DNA of 64,000 nucleotides from the human T2T-CHM13v2.0 reference genome, Homo sapiens. Of the stretch, positions 44,263-58,689 are shown piece by piece; position 1 is the first letter of the stretch; every line of letters begins with the position of its first letter. The stretch lies in the NCBI RefSeq assembly GCF_009914755.1, contig NC_060934.1. The stretch is one strand, 5' to 3'. The position numbers were made by a program, and so were the translations under genes. Below the pieces are notes generated by a model, which did no database searches, was not told where the DNA came from, and saw only the letters and a program-made list of their open reading frames with translations.

Positions 44263-44567
44263 GGTTTTATGATCCCCCCAAATAACGCACAAAAGTTTTA
44301 AAACAAAGCATGGAGTCTTCTTTATAATCAGAGCTCATCTGCTCATCTGATGGAAGCACCCAACTAGATAGTATTTTTGTTGTGTGAGTCTTCAATCTGA
44401 AGAAAAATATAGTGATTAAAAAGCCAGGCTCATAAAAATTATGTAATCTCAAGTTTAGAAACTCTCAGAATATGTGCTAAAACTGTTGATTTATTTCCAA
44501 TATTCCCACATTGGCTGCCTCCATTTCCGTGACATCATTCCCTAAATATTCAAGTTAATTGAGGTTT

Positions 44568-44740
44568 CAGTGTAGTGCGGCACAATAGAAAGAACTTAAA
44601 ATTTTAGCATCAGATAAACAGGGTTCTAATCCCAGTTTTCCCTATGGGAGTGTGTGATCTCATGTACAGCTTATGTGACTTAGCTCTTGAAGTCTTGTGT
44701 TCTTCATCTGCTAAATGGAGAAAATAAAACATACCTCCCT
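44568..44740 (+). mobile_element. MIR SINE fragment
   Basis: CAGATAAACAGGGTTCTAATCCCAG..TTCTTCATCTGCTAAATGGAGAAAATAAAACATACCTC. Confidence 0.7.
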
Positions 44741-45224
44741 ACTCCCTGCCTTTCAATTAGCACTCCGTAGCTCTGAGGCTGGTTAGAGGTCCAATAGGGA
44801 ATCCAGAAAACCCCAAAGTGGACATAGACTCAGCCAAGAAAGTTATTAGTGACTGACAAGATAGCATTTACTCACATTCCACATTGGCTGCCCCTATTGG
44901 GATGTCTCTGGGACACAATTTGCCACCCAAAAGTGGCAGATGCTCAGAGAATTCTGAAGGCCCTGCAGACTGCTCCCTGCCTCAGGCTCCTTACCTGCCT
45001 GGGGGCTTCAGAAGAGCATGAGGGCCCAGGTGTTTCTCAGCATCCGCTTTGTAGAATCCTTGACTGAGTTGCCCTCTGCCCTATTGCCTCCCACCTTCCA
45101 GAAAGAGCAGTGACCTCTTGGAGCCCAATGACCCTCTGCCTTAGAACTGAGCCTCCCCACATCCTATTACCAAAATAACCTCTCTTCAATAGGTAGGGTC
45201 ATGAAATGGGGAGTGTATTATGTG

Positions 45225-45410
45225 TGCAGTGAGAAGTGGAGGATGAATTCCAGACCTACCAGTTGCTCACTATATGAATTGGGGAATCTGTTCAGCATCT
45301 CTAAGCCTCAGTTCTCTTATCTGTAAATCTCAGATAAGAGTTTAGTAGGTACGAATGATTTATATGGACATGTCTAGCATGTAAGAGGTGCTCAGGAACC
45401 TACAGTGTTT
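45225..45410 (+). mobile_element. MIR SINE fragment
   Basis: CTCTAAGCCTCAGTTCTCTTATCTGTAAA core. Confidence 0.65.
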
Positions 45411-46599
45411 TCTTTTTACTTACAGATACAGGTGGAAATTCCTATTCCCAGTTGTCACAAGCACCACACATGTGCGTCTCTATCCTGGCTGATGACCATT
45501 TGCTGTCCTCTGTGTACACCTGCTCACCTTTGCCCCACCGCCTACACAGGTCAAGTTATCTCACCTCCTCCCCATCAATCCAAAGTCCTGCCCTTCTTCA
45601 ATGCCTTCCTCATACATAAAACCCACCGAGAGGCCCCAGCCCACACCAGCCTCTTCTTTCTCTGAAGGCTATTTTCAATTCCACCTAGGTTAGTACTTAG
45701 CCATCAGCTAATCATTTCAGGCACAATCATTTTATCTTCTTCATTGTCCACTTTATAATGAAAGTAACATCATGAGCTTCTAGCGAACTCCCCAGGGTGT
45801 TTTACATTGTGCCAAGCACAAGGCAGTTACTTGGAGTTAAACTTAATACCTGACATAAGTCTAAAAATTTTGACTGTAAGTCTAAAAATGGCACAGACTC
45901 CAATTATGTCCACAGGTGGATAGTTCTCTCAATTCCATCATAACTCTCTATTCGTTACTTCATTGAAATTCCTCCCAGAACTATAAATCACACACTTCAC
46001 TGGGAATAGAGTTGAAGGAGATAGACTCATACCCTGCTCTGGTGTGGTCCATATTCTAGTGAGAAATGAGCAGGTGTAAAGAGGTGTCTCAATGGTGGTT
46101 GATGCCAAAGATCCAGAGGAAGAACAGTGCTCTGCCCCATTGGGGAAGATAATTGAGAGATCCTTGGCAGGCTGAGAAGAAGGTGATGAGAAGAAACACG
46201 AGGCAGAGGAGCATCAGGGAAGTCAGGGGGTGTTGTGACTGGTCCCCTTCCATGACTCACTCTCCTTCACAATCTCTAGTGGCGTAGTGTACTCCTGAGT
46301 GCTTGCAAAGAGTGATGATTGTTTCCATTGCTGTCTCATTGAAACAGAGTCCTGTAGTGAGTTTCCAGTTGAGATCCATGTAGAGCAGGATGGTTCATCC
46401 CCATTTTCTTTTCCTGCTCTAAAGTCAGGACTTCCAGAAAAATAACATCTTCCCATGCCCTCTCTCCTCACCTCAAATACCCTGTGGGTAATAGCTGATA
46501 TTGGCTGATTCCCTGTGGAGGGATTGGATGCCCTCAGGCCACTGAATTAAAAGGTTTGATTCAATTTTACCAATATCTCAAAAAGGAAGAAGGCATCTA

Positions 46600-46850
46600 G
46601 GTGACATCTGTGTCATGCAAGTAGGTGACAATGAAAGTGCAGAATAAGACCCATGATGCAGGGAGGACTGGGTGCTATGAGAGCACAGAGGATGATGCCC
46701 AGTGTAGCCTGAGGAGTGGGAGGATGGTAGGGGCTTTCCATCAGAAATGACTTTAACATTGAGCCTGAGAACTAAGTAGGAGAAAGGCAAGGCACAAGGA
46801 AAATAGATGAGATTTTAGCATGTTTATCTTGCAAAGTAGCTGAGAAAGGA
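46600..46850 (-). mobile_element. L2 fragment
   Basis: GGGTGCTATGAGAGCACAGAGGA..GGGCTTTCCATCAGAAATGAC..TTGAGCCTGAG. Confidence 0.55.
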
Positions 46851-48956
46851 TGGATAAATAATGAATTTAGGGGACAAATGTCAATGTCAATGACATTGAG
46901 AGCAATAACCGAGAGCAAAGTGTTCAATCCAGCCCCTACGGTGTAACCTAAGTTGTCTGAGGGCATTAGTGGGGTTTCTACTTGAGAGTTCAGTGTCCCC
47001 ACGGGAAGTATCAAGACGTGAGTGTTGTTGAAAATCTAAAGAACACCGAACATGTCCCTAATAGAGAAAATTGAGGTTTGACTTACATTTCTAAGCTATT
47101 GGACAACCAATTTCTGGGGTAGTTGAAGGAGCCAAGATAAGCCTAAGAGAAGACTTTTCATATAAGCAAAAATCTTTAGAATGACCTCTTTACATCCATC
47201 AAGTAAGAAAAGTTTTGCCTTTAATTACCACTTCCCCAAACACCAGAGTTTCAATTTGTCTATCAAGGTGTCCAGAAGTGTCTTAGGCCCCTAATTGGTG
47301 GTTTTAATACGCTTTCTGTCAAAAGTCCCATTGCCCCTATAACTTATTCTCAGCTGTTGGAGAATATAAAAGATCTGATATTATACTCCTATTGAGTTTT
47401 AATAGCTGGTAAAACATACTACCTTGCCTCTTCATATTTGCCTTTAACATACCGGAATTACAGCCACTGCTATGAGGATGTAGACAGGAATATTTCAGAG
47501 ATTGGGGTGGGGTACCATTTGTGTCACAGAGAAAAATTTTTTATCACTTCAACTTCTCACCACTTAGACTCAAAATGAGGCCACTTCATGACCAAGACAC
47601 TTTTTCTCACTCCCTTAAGCACACAAACACACCTAACCAGAATTGGTTTTATGGGTCTGTAAGTCCATTTTAAATAGGGTCAGATAATGAGTTTGAGGGT
47701 AAGTCTGATCTGGATGAATTCCCATTAATACCCCTTTGCAGCATTAAGTTGGCCATGACCCAAATCAAAGCCTGTCTGTTAGTGTCTGCCCTTCTCCTCC
47801 CCTCTTCCTCTGACATCAAGCCCAGCTTGTCATAGATGGTTTACTTCTTTTTATCTCCATCTCCACCCTAGTCAAAAACACTCTCCTCTCTTGCCTGAAC
47901 TAATCCAACAACCTCCCAGTCAGTTCTCACACCCATTCTGTTTCTTTTGCTGCTATGCTTTTTATTGAAGTAAAATTCATATAACATAAAATTAGCCATT
48001 TTAGACCGTAAAATTCAGTGGCTTTTAGTACATTCATGGTACTGTGCAACCACTACCTATATCAAGTTCCAAAACATTTTTATCACCCCCAAAGAGTACC
48101 CCATACTTATTAAGAAGTCAGTCCATATTCTCTCCTCCCCCAGCTCTGGCAGCCGCCAATGTTCTTTCTTTCACTATGGATTGGCATATTCTGTATATTG
48201 CATATAAATGGAATCACAAAATATGTGACTGTGTGTCTGGCTTCTTTCATTTAGCATAACATTTTCAAGGTTCATCTACATTGTACGTATATAAATACTT
48301 CATTCCTTTTTTATGGTGATGAATATTCCATGGTGTGCATAAGTATATGCAATTTGTTTATTCATTTATCTCTTGATAAACATTTGGGTTCCAAGAAATC
48401 TACTTTTTGACTATTGTAAATAGTGCTTCTGTGAACATTCTTGTACATGAATTTGAGTATCTGTTTTCAATTATTTTGGCTATATACCTATGAGTGAAAT
48501 TACTGAATCATGTGGTAATTCTATGTTTAACTTTTTGAGAAATCACCAAACTGCTTTCGACAGCCACTGCACCGTTTTACATTCCCAGAAGGAGTGGTTA
48601 AGAATTCTAATTTCTCCATATCTTGTTAACACTTGTTATTTTCTGGATTTTGACTTGTTTTATATATTATAATAGCCATCCTAGTGAGTGGGAAGTAGTA
48701 TTTCATTGTGGTTTTAACTTGTATTTTTCTAATGACTAATGATTTTGAACATCTTTTCATATGTATATTGGACATTTACATATCTTCTTTGGAGAAATGT
48801 TTATTCAAGGTCTTTACCCATTTTTTAATTGGATTTCTTTTTTTCATTAACTTGTAAGAGTTCTTTACATATTCTGTATACTAGATCCCTATCCACATAT
48901 GATTTGCAAATATTATCTCTCATTCCGTAGGTTATCTATTCACATTCTTCATAACC

Positions 48957-49250
48957 TTTTTTTTTTTTTTTTGAAACAGTCTCGCATTGTCACCCAGGCT
49001 GGTAGCAGTGGCACCATCTCAACTCGCTGCAACCTCCAACTCTGAGGTTCAAGCGATTCTCCTGCCTCAGCCTCCCAAGTAGCTAGGATTACAGGCACCT
49101 GCCACCACGCCCAGCTAGTTTTTCGTATTTTTAGTAAAGATGGGGTTTCACTACATTGGCCAGGCTGGTCTCTAACTCCTGACCTCATGATCTGCCCATC
49201 TCGACCTCCCAAAGTGCTGGGATTACAGGCATGAGCCACCACACCTGGCC
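48957..49250 (-). mobile_element. AluS (Sg-like)
   Basis: CCTGACCTCATGATCTGCCC short left-arm form; poly(T) tail. Confidence 0.88.
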
Positions 49251-49280
49251 TCTTTATAATATTCTTAAATGCACCTAGGG

Positions 49281-49592
49281 TTTTTTGTTTTGTTTATTTG
49301 TTTCTTGAGATTGGGTTTCACTCTGTCAATCAGGCTGGACTGTAGTGGTGCAATCATAGCTCAATGAAGCCTTCAACTTCTGAGCTCAAGTAATCCTCTC
49401 TCCTAGCCCAGTAGCTAGGACCACAGGTGCACACCACCACACTCAGCTAATTTTTTTAAAAAATTTTATTTTTGTAGAGATGGAGTGTCACTCCCTTGCC
49501 TAGGCTTGTCTCAAACTCCTGACCTCAATCAATTATCCTGTCTTGGCCTCCCAAAGCACTGGGATTACAAGCATGAGCCAGTGTGCTTGGCT
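49281..49592 (-). mobile_element. AluJ-type
   Basis: CAATCATAGCTCAATGAAGCC..GAGCTCAAGTAATCCTC; flanked by GGGTTTTTT on both sides. Confidence 0.85.
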
Positions 49593-50867
49593 GGGTTTTT
49601 TTTTAAATGTTTGTTTTGATGATATCTAATTAATATTGTGTTTTTCTTTTTTTGCTTACACTTCATATATCAAATTTAAGAATCCATTGCCCAGTCAAAG
49701 ATCACACAGATTTGCCTCTATGCTTTTCTCCAGGAGTTTTACAGTTTTCACTCTTACATATAGATCAATAATTCATTTTGAGTTAATTTTTGTATGTAGT
49801 GTTAGGTAGGGGCCCAAATTCATTCTTTTGTATTATGTGAATATCAAGTTTTCACAGTACCATGTATTGAAGAAATTATTCTTTTCTCAATGAATGGTCT
49901 TGGCACCCTTGTGAAAATCAATTAGGCATAGATATATGATTTTTGGATTCTGAATGCTTATCTAATGGTCTATTTGTATATCTTTAAGCCAGTACCACAC
50001 TCCTTCAAAACCTGTAGTAGGTTTTGAAATTGTGAAGTAAGAACCCTCCAATTTTGTTTTTCTTTTGAATATTGTTCTGCCTATTTGGAGTCTCTTGTAA
50101 TTTTGTATACTTTTGAGGATCAACTTTTCCAAAATGAGAATCCACCAGAATCATGAAGGGTGCCACAAATCCTAGGGAGGAGAATGTGGACAAACAACCC
50201 CAAATCATTCCATGTGGTTGGAGAAAGTATTTTGATGTTTTCAATCTTTTCCATTTATTGAGATTTATTTGTGACCTAACATATCCTGGAGAACGTTCTA
50301 TGTACACTTGAGAATAATGTGAATTCTATTATTTTGGTGTGGAGTGTCCTGCATATGTCTGCTAGGTGTATTAGTTTATAGTGTTGTTCAACTCTGCTAC
50401 TCCTTTTTTTTTATATTTTGTCAACTTGTTCTATTATTTAATGTGGAGTAATGAAGTCTCCAACTATTATTGTAGAAATGTCTATTTCCTTCTCCAATTC
50501 TATTAATTTTAGACTTGTATCTTTTCCTCTGTTGTTTATACATTTATAATTATTACATCTTCTTGGTGGATTGATACTTTTATTGGTGCATAATGTCTTT
50601 CCTTGTCTCTTGTTATAATTTTTATCTTAACGTGTATTTTGTCTAGTGTTAATATAACCATTCTAGCTCTCTTTGGTTATTCTTTGCATAGGATAAGTTT
50701 TTTCAGCCTTTTAGTTTCAACTTACTTGTGTCCGTGGATCTAAAATGAATCTCTTATAGAGAGCATGTAGTTGGATTGTGGTTGTTTTTGCTTTTTATCC
50801 ATTCTGCCAATTTCTGAGTTTTAATTGGAAAGTCTAATCCATTTGCATTTTTTTCATAGTTCTTTCT

Positions 50868-51143
50868 CTCTTTTTAAAAAATTTTTCCATAAGTTATTCG
50901 AGCACAGGTGGGATTTGGTTACCTGAGTAAGTTCATTAATGGTGATTTGTGAGATTTTGGCACACCCATACCCACGTATACACTGCACCATGTTTGCAGT
51001 CTTTTATCCCTTGCCCCCTTCCACTTTTTCCCCCAAGTCTCCAAAGTCCATTGTATCATTCTTATGCCTTTTTGTCCTCATAGCTTAGCTTCCACGTATC
51101 AGTGAGAAGATATGATGTTTGGTTTTCCATTTCTGAGTTACAT
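50868..51143 (-). mobile_element. L1PB-type 3' fragment
   Basis: CCATAAGTTATT..CAGGTGGGATTTGGTTACCTGAGTAAGTTC..GGTGATTTGTGAGATTTTGG..GTCCATTGTATCATTCTTATGCCTTT. Confidence 0.85.
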
Positions 51144-51459
51144 CTATGTGATAGTCACTTTCCATTTGCTGCTTTCAAGATTTTCCCTTTGGTTTGATGT
51201 GCCTTCATTTAAAATATGTCATATGTCTTGCTGTAGATCTCTTTGAGTTTATTCTTCTTGGAGTTCACTGAGGTTTTTAAAAGTGTAGGTTTATCTTTTT
51301 AAAATTACATTTGCAAAGTTTCAGTCATAATTACTTCACACATTTTTTCTTCTTTCTCTCTCTCCTCTCCTTCTGAGACTCTCATTCCCAAATTCATTAT
51401 TGCACCCTCCAATTTATTCTTCACGCTGTGGTTATGTCAGAGAAATAGCAATTTATGTA

Positions 51460-51505
51460 TATGAGAGAGAGAGAGAGAGAGACAGTGTGTGTAGAGAGAG
51501 AGAGT
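51460..51505. repeat. (GA)n/(GT)n compound microsatellite
   Basis: Read directly. Confidence 0.9.
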
Positions 51506-51509
51506 CAGA

Positions 51510-52700
51510 ATTTATTTATTTATTTATTTTTAAATTTTAATTTAGGTTCAGGGTAGTACATGTGCAGGTTATATAGGTAAACTGCATGTTACAGGGCTTT
51601 GTTGTACAGATTATTTTATCACCCAGGTAATAAGCATAATACCCAATAAGTATTTTTTTATCCTTTCCTTCCTCCTACCCTCCACCCTCAAGTAGACCCC
51701 AATGTCTGTTGTTCCCTTCTTTGTGCCCATGTGTTCTCAATGTTTAGCTCCCACTTATAAATGAGAATATGCAGTATGTGGTTTTCTGTTCATGCGTTAG
51801 TTCAATTAGGATAATGGCCTCCAGCTCCACCCACGTTGCTGCAAAGGACATGATTTTATTCTTTTTTAAGGTTGCTTAGTATTCCGTGGTGTATATATAC
51901 TACATTTTTAAAAATTCAGTCTATCATTAATGCGCATATAGGTTGATTCCATGTCTTTGCTGTCATGAATAGTACTGCAATGAACATTACGATAGAACAA
52001 TTTATACTCCTTGGGTGTATACCCAGTAATGGGATTGTTGGATTGAATGGTAATTTTGTTTTAAGTTCTTTGAGAAATCACCACACTGCTTTTCACAATG
52101 GCTGAATTAATTGACATTCCCACCAACAGGATATAAGCATTCTTTTTCTTCTGCAACCTCACCAGCATCTGCCGTGTGTTGACTTTTTAATAATAGCCAT
52201 TCTGACTGGTGTGTAATGGTATCTCAATATGGTTTTGATTGGCATTTCTCTAATAATTAGTGATGCTGAGCATTTTTTCCTGTGCTTGTTGTCCACACAT
52301 ATATCTTCTTTTGAAAATTATCTGTTCATGCCCTTTTTAATGGTGTTATTTGGTTTTGATTGTTAATTTGTTTAAGTTTCTTACAGATTCTGGATATTAG
52401 ATCTTTGTTGGATGCACAATTTGTGAATATTTTCTCCCATTCTGTAAGTTGTTTACTCTGTTGATAGTTTCTTTTGCTGTGCAGACGTTCTTTAGTTTAA
52501 TTATGACCCATTTGTCATTTTTTTTTTTTCTCAATTGCTTTCAGCATCTTCATCACGAAGTCTTTGCCAGGGCCTATGGGCAAAATGGTATTGCCTAGGT
52601 TTTCTTCTAGGGCTTTCATAGTTTTGGATTTTACATTTAATTACTTAATTCATCTTGAATTGATTTTTGTATATGGTGTAAAGAAGGGGTCCAGTTTCAA
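51510..52700 (-). mobile_element. L1PA15/16-type 3' fragment
   Basis: TACATGTGCAGGTT..ATAGGTAAACTGCATG..CACCCAGGTAATAAGCAT; antisense ORF2 homology to AAGGGGTCCAGTTTCAA. Confidence 0.9.
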
Positions 52701-52734
52701 CAAGTTCCTTTAGAAGTACTCTTCTTGTCACCCC

Positions 52735-53125
52735 TTCCCTAGGGCATTTGCATACGCTTTTTCTTTGCCTTGTAGGCTTTTTGTTTTCCTAATTCCACCA
52801 CTTCTTTTACATGACTATTTCCATTCATTCTTTAGATCTCAGCGTAGCCATTACTTTCTCAGGAAAACCTTCTCTGAAACCCTGTCCAGATCTCATGTCT
52901 CTTTATTTACACTGATAGCACCATGTACCTTCCTTTGTAGCACTTAAGTAACTTGCAATTTTATATTAAATTCTCTTTTCTAAATGTTTTTCTCCCTTTA
53001 TAGATGAGAAACTCCATCAGAGCAGGCCTTACTTCTGCTTGTGCTAATCATTCTTTTTCCTCTACCTGTCATGTTGCCTGGCACAAAGGAATATTCACAA
53101 ATAGCCAATGAGTAAACAAATATCA
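52735..53125 (+). mobile_element. L2 3' fragment
   Basis: TTCATTCTTTAGATCTCAGC..CTCAGGAAAACCTTCTCTGA..AACTCCATCAGAGCAGG..GCCTGGCACA. Confidence 0.7.
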
Positions 53126-53454
53126 CATACAGCCAATAAATAAACGACCATTGTTGGTCATTGCTTTTTCATGAGGCATGAGTACACTGTCTTCCTAGTG
53201 TACCCATCTCAAAGAATGGATACGCTGCCTTTCTACTGTACATCTATTTCTGTAAGAGCTTAGGCATATAGTGTGGGAAGAGAATAATCATTTCTTGTGT
53301 CACCATTAATTCTTAAGCCGCTCTTAGTAACTCATCCTATTTTTTGTTTATTAGGTGTATTTTTTCATGGAAATTTGTCAAACACTGGGCAGCATTCTAG
53401 CTACTGCAGACATGTGGGAAAAAAAAACCCTCAGTCCTTTTTATACTGGACATT

Positions 53455-53959
53455 TGTCACTCATTTTTGCTGCCCAGTGCTGAATTTCTTTCTTAAGGTG
53501 GGTAATTCTACATTTCTTGTAAGGTGAAAGTGCTGAGTACTCACCTTCCCACCCTGCGTTAAAGGTAGGATGTGGGCATTTCACCTAGACTCTGCTAATC
53601 AGAGGCACCCACACTGAACTTGGATTTCGAAGCTGGTGAAACAATGAAATAGGACTATTGAAGATCCTATCCTGTTAAGGCTGATGGGAAGAGTGACAGA
53701 CATCGTCACACCCAGTATCCAGAGGCAGTGTTGTTCACTATTCTAGTAGCCCCTTTAAGTGCCTTGGAGCAGAGGTGTCTTCATGTGATTGGTTTTGTGC
53801 ATGATTTGGTCATTTTTCCTGGCTTTATTACATTCATTGCTTGTTCTCTAGCCTGCTATAGATTCTGCAAACTGCCAATATTCTTTAATAAATTCATTTT
53901 CTGCTCAAATTATGAAAAGGCAGTTACTTTGTTTGCAACTGAGAAACTTCGTAGATACA
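53455..53959 (+). mobile_element. LTR33-like ERVL solo LTR
   Basis: GCTAATCAGAGGCACCCAC..ATATTCTTTAATAAATTCATTTTCTGCTCAAAT..TGTTTGCAACTGAGAA..GATACA. Confidence 0.65.
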
Positions 53960-53989
53960 CTGTCCTCATTGCTGACATGTGATAGCATG

Positions 53990-54172
53990 TGTGCCAAATC
54001 TGGCCACTGCCTTAAAGTATTATTGGAATACAGCCATGCTTTTTCATTTGCATATTGTTTATGGCTGCCTAGAGCTATAATAGCAGAGTTGAGTCAACAC
54101 AGACACCAAATGTCCCACAAAGCCTAAAATATTTACTGTCTCACTCTTTACAAAAAGACATTGCAATCCCTA
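53990..54172. mobile_element. MER58-type hAT-Charlie fossil
   Basis: GCCAAATCTGGCC..TTATTGGAATACAGCCATGC..CCCACAAAGCCTAAAATATTTACT. Confidence 0.8.
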
Positions 54173-54528
54173 CCCTAGAAAGAAAAGTATACAAGTAACA
54201 CACTATTGTAATGTAACATATTTTAAGTTTTTATTAAGATATGTATTTAAGTGATATATTATTTTTCATTTCTACTGTGTTAAGATGATATTTTATAAGT
54301 AAGTTACCTCAACAACTTTCAAAAATATTTATGTTAAGACATAGTTCCTTGGGCAATGTACTTGTTACATGAAATGAGATTTTATTTGTTTCAAATGTGT
54401 CTTAACAAGGGAGGACTTTGGCATAGGGATAGGAAAATCAGTGAAGAAGTTTCTTTTCTCTTAGGCCTGACTTTGGTATCATCACAGATCCTGAGGATCA
54501 TAAGAAGCCTTAAAATTTACCTACATTA

Positions 54529-54856
<328 letters not shown>

Positions 54857-56469
54857 CTAATGTTTGAATCTTCTTCACACTAAATGACCACCATTTCTTT
54901 ACATTTCTTCACTGATAGATAATGCATATATTCTCAAGGAAAACTAACCTCTTCTGGTAAGCCCTGATTGAAACTAGGCTTGGCATTAAGTCAAAATCTG
55001 TTTCAATTCACCAGGTCCCAAAAAGAATAGATTTAATTCCTTTCCCATATTAGTGCACTTAAGTATTTGACAACTACTCTATCTTCCTGACTTTTAAAAA
55101 ACTGGAACAACAGAACATTGTAAGAGACTTATCAAAGCTGTCTGAGGATTTTATCCACATTTTCTCATTAACGTCTCACAGTGACACTAGTCAGAGGAAA
55201 GTATTATCATCCCTCTTAGACAACTTGTCCAATCCAAGCTCACAGCTGGTAAGTGGTGTACTTGAGCTTCTGATAGCTTTCCATTATGGCAAACATTTTG
55301 ACTGAAATCACATAGATTTTCCATCAATATTTTGTATCTTCACAAGCTTTCCTTCACCATGGTAATGCTCTCTCTCTCTCAGCATTTGTTTTCCCAAGCC
55401 GGAGATAGTCCCACACACACAATTACCTTGTTTTTATGTTATCATGTCCTTATATGACAACTAGAAACCCCTAAACCTTCCCTCCACTGCTTCCACTTCA
55501 AGCATGTCCTTTAAGTTGCCCCTCCCACATCATTTTAATGTTGCTGATGTCATTGCTATGTCCAGAATGCAGTGTTTATAGTGCCAAATAATTCTGTCAC
55601 TTACTAGTTGTGAGATTTTTGGCAATTATATTTTTGACCTATGACTTCACAATTGCTTCTCACTTTCTGTGCCTTAATAAAATTTATATAATATCTATGC
55701 CTGATTACAGTGAGGGTTAATTAAAATCTTACATAAAATACTAAGGAATAAGAGCCAAACACATCATTATTACTGTAAGTACACTTGAAAATATAACCAT
55801 ATATTTCCTACAGACATCTCTGTTGAAAGAAAAATTTCCAATTCTACAGTAATGAAAATAAGGCATTGACATAAGCAATCTAGCATCAAAATTTATTTTT
55901 CTCTTCTTATTGGAAGAGCAATTTAAACTTTTGAAGAACAACTTGAAGATGAAGTATATATAAAATTCACTCAACACATCAAGCCCATGCAATTAGATTC
56001 AGTACAGAAAATTTTTTTCCTTGTGGAAATAAACCAATATAGAGAAAAGTTATCTTATGTATCAAATATATATATTTCTCTAATCCTAAAAATAAGAAGA
56101 TTCTCTACCAGGGCCCAACAAGTCCTTCTGACTGCACAAGGCATCATGCAAGATGAGATAATTTGTAAATGCAGTTTCATTTAAGAAAACAAGAAAATCT
56201 TGACGTCCAGAGAAATAGCCAAAACTAAACACTCTTTAATATACTGAGATTTAGATTTTATTAGTAGGCTGAAAATTAGGTAACACTAGCAAGGTGACTG
56301 TGAGCAATTTGTTTAATTGCTATAAGCCTCATATTCTTTATGTATAAAATGTTGAGATCTACTTCACTTGTTGTGAGAGTAAAATGAAAAAAAAAAAAAA
56401 GAGAAAAGAAAAAACTTGCATGAGACCCAAAGGCAAGTACTGAGTAACTGGTAGCTATAAATAGGAAGT

Positions 56470-56710
56470 AGTAAAATGTAGTAGTTACTATGGTGTCTTC
56501 TTAGTGGTGTAAACTTAATCAAATTATTTAACTCAATTAATCTGTACCTGTTTTCACATCTATAAAATAGGAATACAATTATATTACTTATTACCAAAGT
56601 TAGTAAAGGGAATTAAACTAGGTAATACGTGTAAAGCACCCAAGACAGTGTCTGGTGCGTGGCGAGCATTTGGTGAATGTTGATCACTGTCATCCTCATC
56701 ATTATCACTA
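56470..56710 (+). mobile_element. MIR SINE fragment
   Basis: TTTTCACATCTATAAAATAGGAATA..TACGTGTAAAGCACC..AGTGTCTGG..ATGTTGATCACTGTCATC. Confidence 0.7.
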
Positions 56711-56810
56711 TTGCATCAAAAATACATTTTTCTCTTACCAGTAAATGTTAGCCAAATACTAAATCATTTTCAACAGTGATACTTTTTATATAAATTTTAA
56801 GAAAACATCA

Positions 56811-57236
<426 letters not shown>

Positions 57237-58011
57237 TTATTAGGTGGATCCCTTTATTCCTTCTGATGCTAAACATCAACAGTGAAGCAATCATACAAAA
57301 CTCTCAGAATAAAAGGTTATGGTATCTCATGAATTGGTTAAAATAGCCATTTCAGGCATTTTTAATATAAAAGTTTCTAAATTGTTAGTGTTTTCCCAAG
57401 TGGTGTCTGATAGCAAAAATTAATATCTGCATGTATAATAATTATTTTTCATGGTAAATAAACTGTGTATGTTGACTGAGTATGACAATTACACAGTCAA
57501 ATCCCATTTTCTCAGATCCATCTATATGCCCTGGTTTCAGCTGCACAAGGTGTCATCCAGGATGGTGGGATTTATTTCACCCCTAATTGCGCCATGGCAG
57601 CCAGCTTTATAGAAACTACAGCTGTAATATCCACTTTTCGAAAAGGTGTAAAATCATGGCATCACTTATAAAGGAGATTATATGCCCAATGAAGAGAATG
57701 GCTCACATGTCGACAAAACCATCCTTTCTTCCCTATTAAAGGTTTTATAGAGACCTGGGATGCAATTCAGATGTCTAAAACCCAAACGGTGTGTTCAAGA
57801 CTTTATCCCAAAGGAACTGGCCATGAGACAATATGAGTTTGATCTCTTTTGTGCAATTTGTGGTGGTTTGCTTTTTCATGCCCTAAGATACGCAGCATGC
57901 ATTAAAAACTCTCTGTGGCTGTTTCAAGATCTAAGTCTTCAATTTCCCATAATTCACTAGAGGCAAATAATGATTTTGAGCTCAGGACAAGGCACTATAT
58001 TTAGCACTATC

Positions 58012-58036
58012 TTTTTTTTTTTTTTTTTTTTTTTTT
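58012..58036. repeat. T25 mononucleotide run
   Basis: Direct count. Confidence 0.95.
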
Positions 58037-58689
58037 GATCTGCCACTAGTGTCACTGTGGGACTGGCTGATGGGTTTCTGTTTACTCTATTTACCCACAT
58101 GAAATTTATGCTAAAAATCATTTGCTCTAGGAGGTGCCTTACTTTATGCAACTTTCTAAAGCATATCATATGTCCCAGTCCTCAAATGCATGTATTTGAG
58201 GACTAAGGCTTGTGTTTATGAAAAATTATTTGTTTATTATCATGTGTGAATTGAGTATCATTAGATGAGCTAGGCAATGACCAGCAGAGCTAACTTACTA
58301 GAAAGGCAGCCTTTAGCATTAGCTTTTCTAGATCTAAATCCAAAATATACTACTAATAAGCTGCATGACCTCAGTAACTATGAGAGAACTTCTTAGTCTG
58401 GATGGCAAACCAGGGCATCTATGGAAATTTCAAGATGGACTAGGAATTTGATAGGTGAAAAGTAGGGAGCACTGTGTTACAGGCAGAGAGAGTAGCTTGT
58501 GCAAATATTCTGAAGAGAGAGAAAGAATTTGGCAAATTCAAGAATCACAGAAATGAGACCACTGTGACTCAAAATAAGAAGTAGGAATGAGGCTGGAATT
58601 AAGGCTACACAGATTCAAAGGAAAGTGAAGTCTATGGATGTTTTTATAAGCCATCATGAGGGTTTTATTTTTCTTTAAAAACAAATTAT

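Larger units (their letters stand above)
47958..50850 (-). mobile_element. L1MB-type element (3' end plus ORF2 pieces) carrying two Alus
   Basis: TTTATTGAAGTAAAATTCATATAACATAAAATTAGCC..TAGTACATTCA..TGTGCAACCACTACC 3' end; antisense ORF2 homology continues to ~50850 with internal gaps. Confidence 0.8.

Noticed and set aside
44505-44893. 14-bp repeat CCACATTGGCTGCC (reverse CCAAT box) occurring twice ~370 bp apart
   Set aside because: Short, with no other promoter features and no CpG island.
57617-57645. Adjacent short palindromes TACAGCTGTA and CTTTTCGAAAAG
   Set aside because: 10-12-bp palindromes are common by chance.
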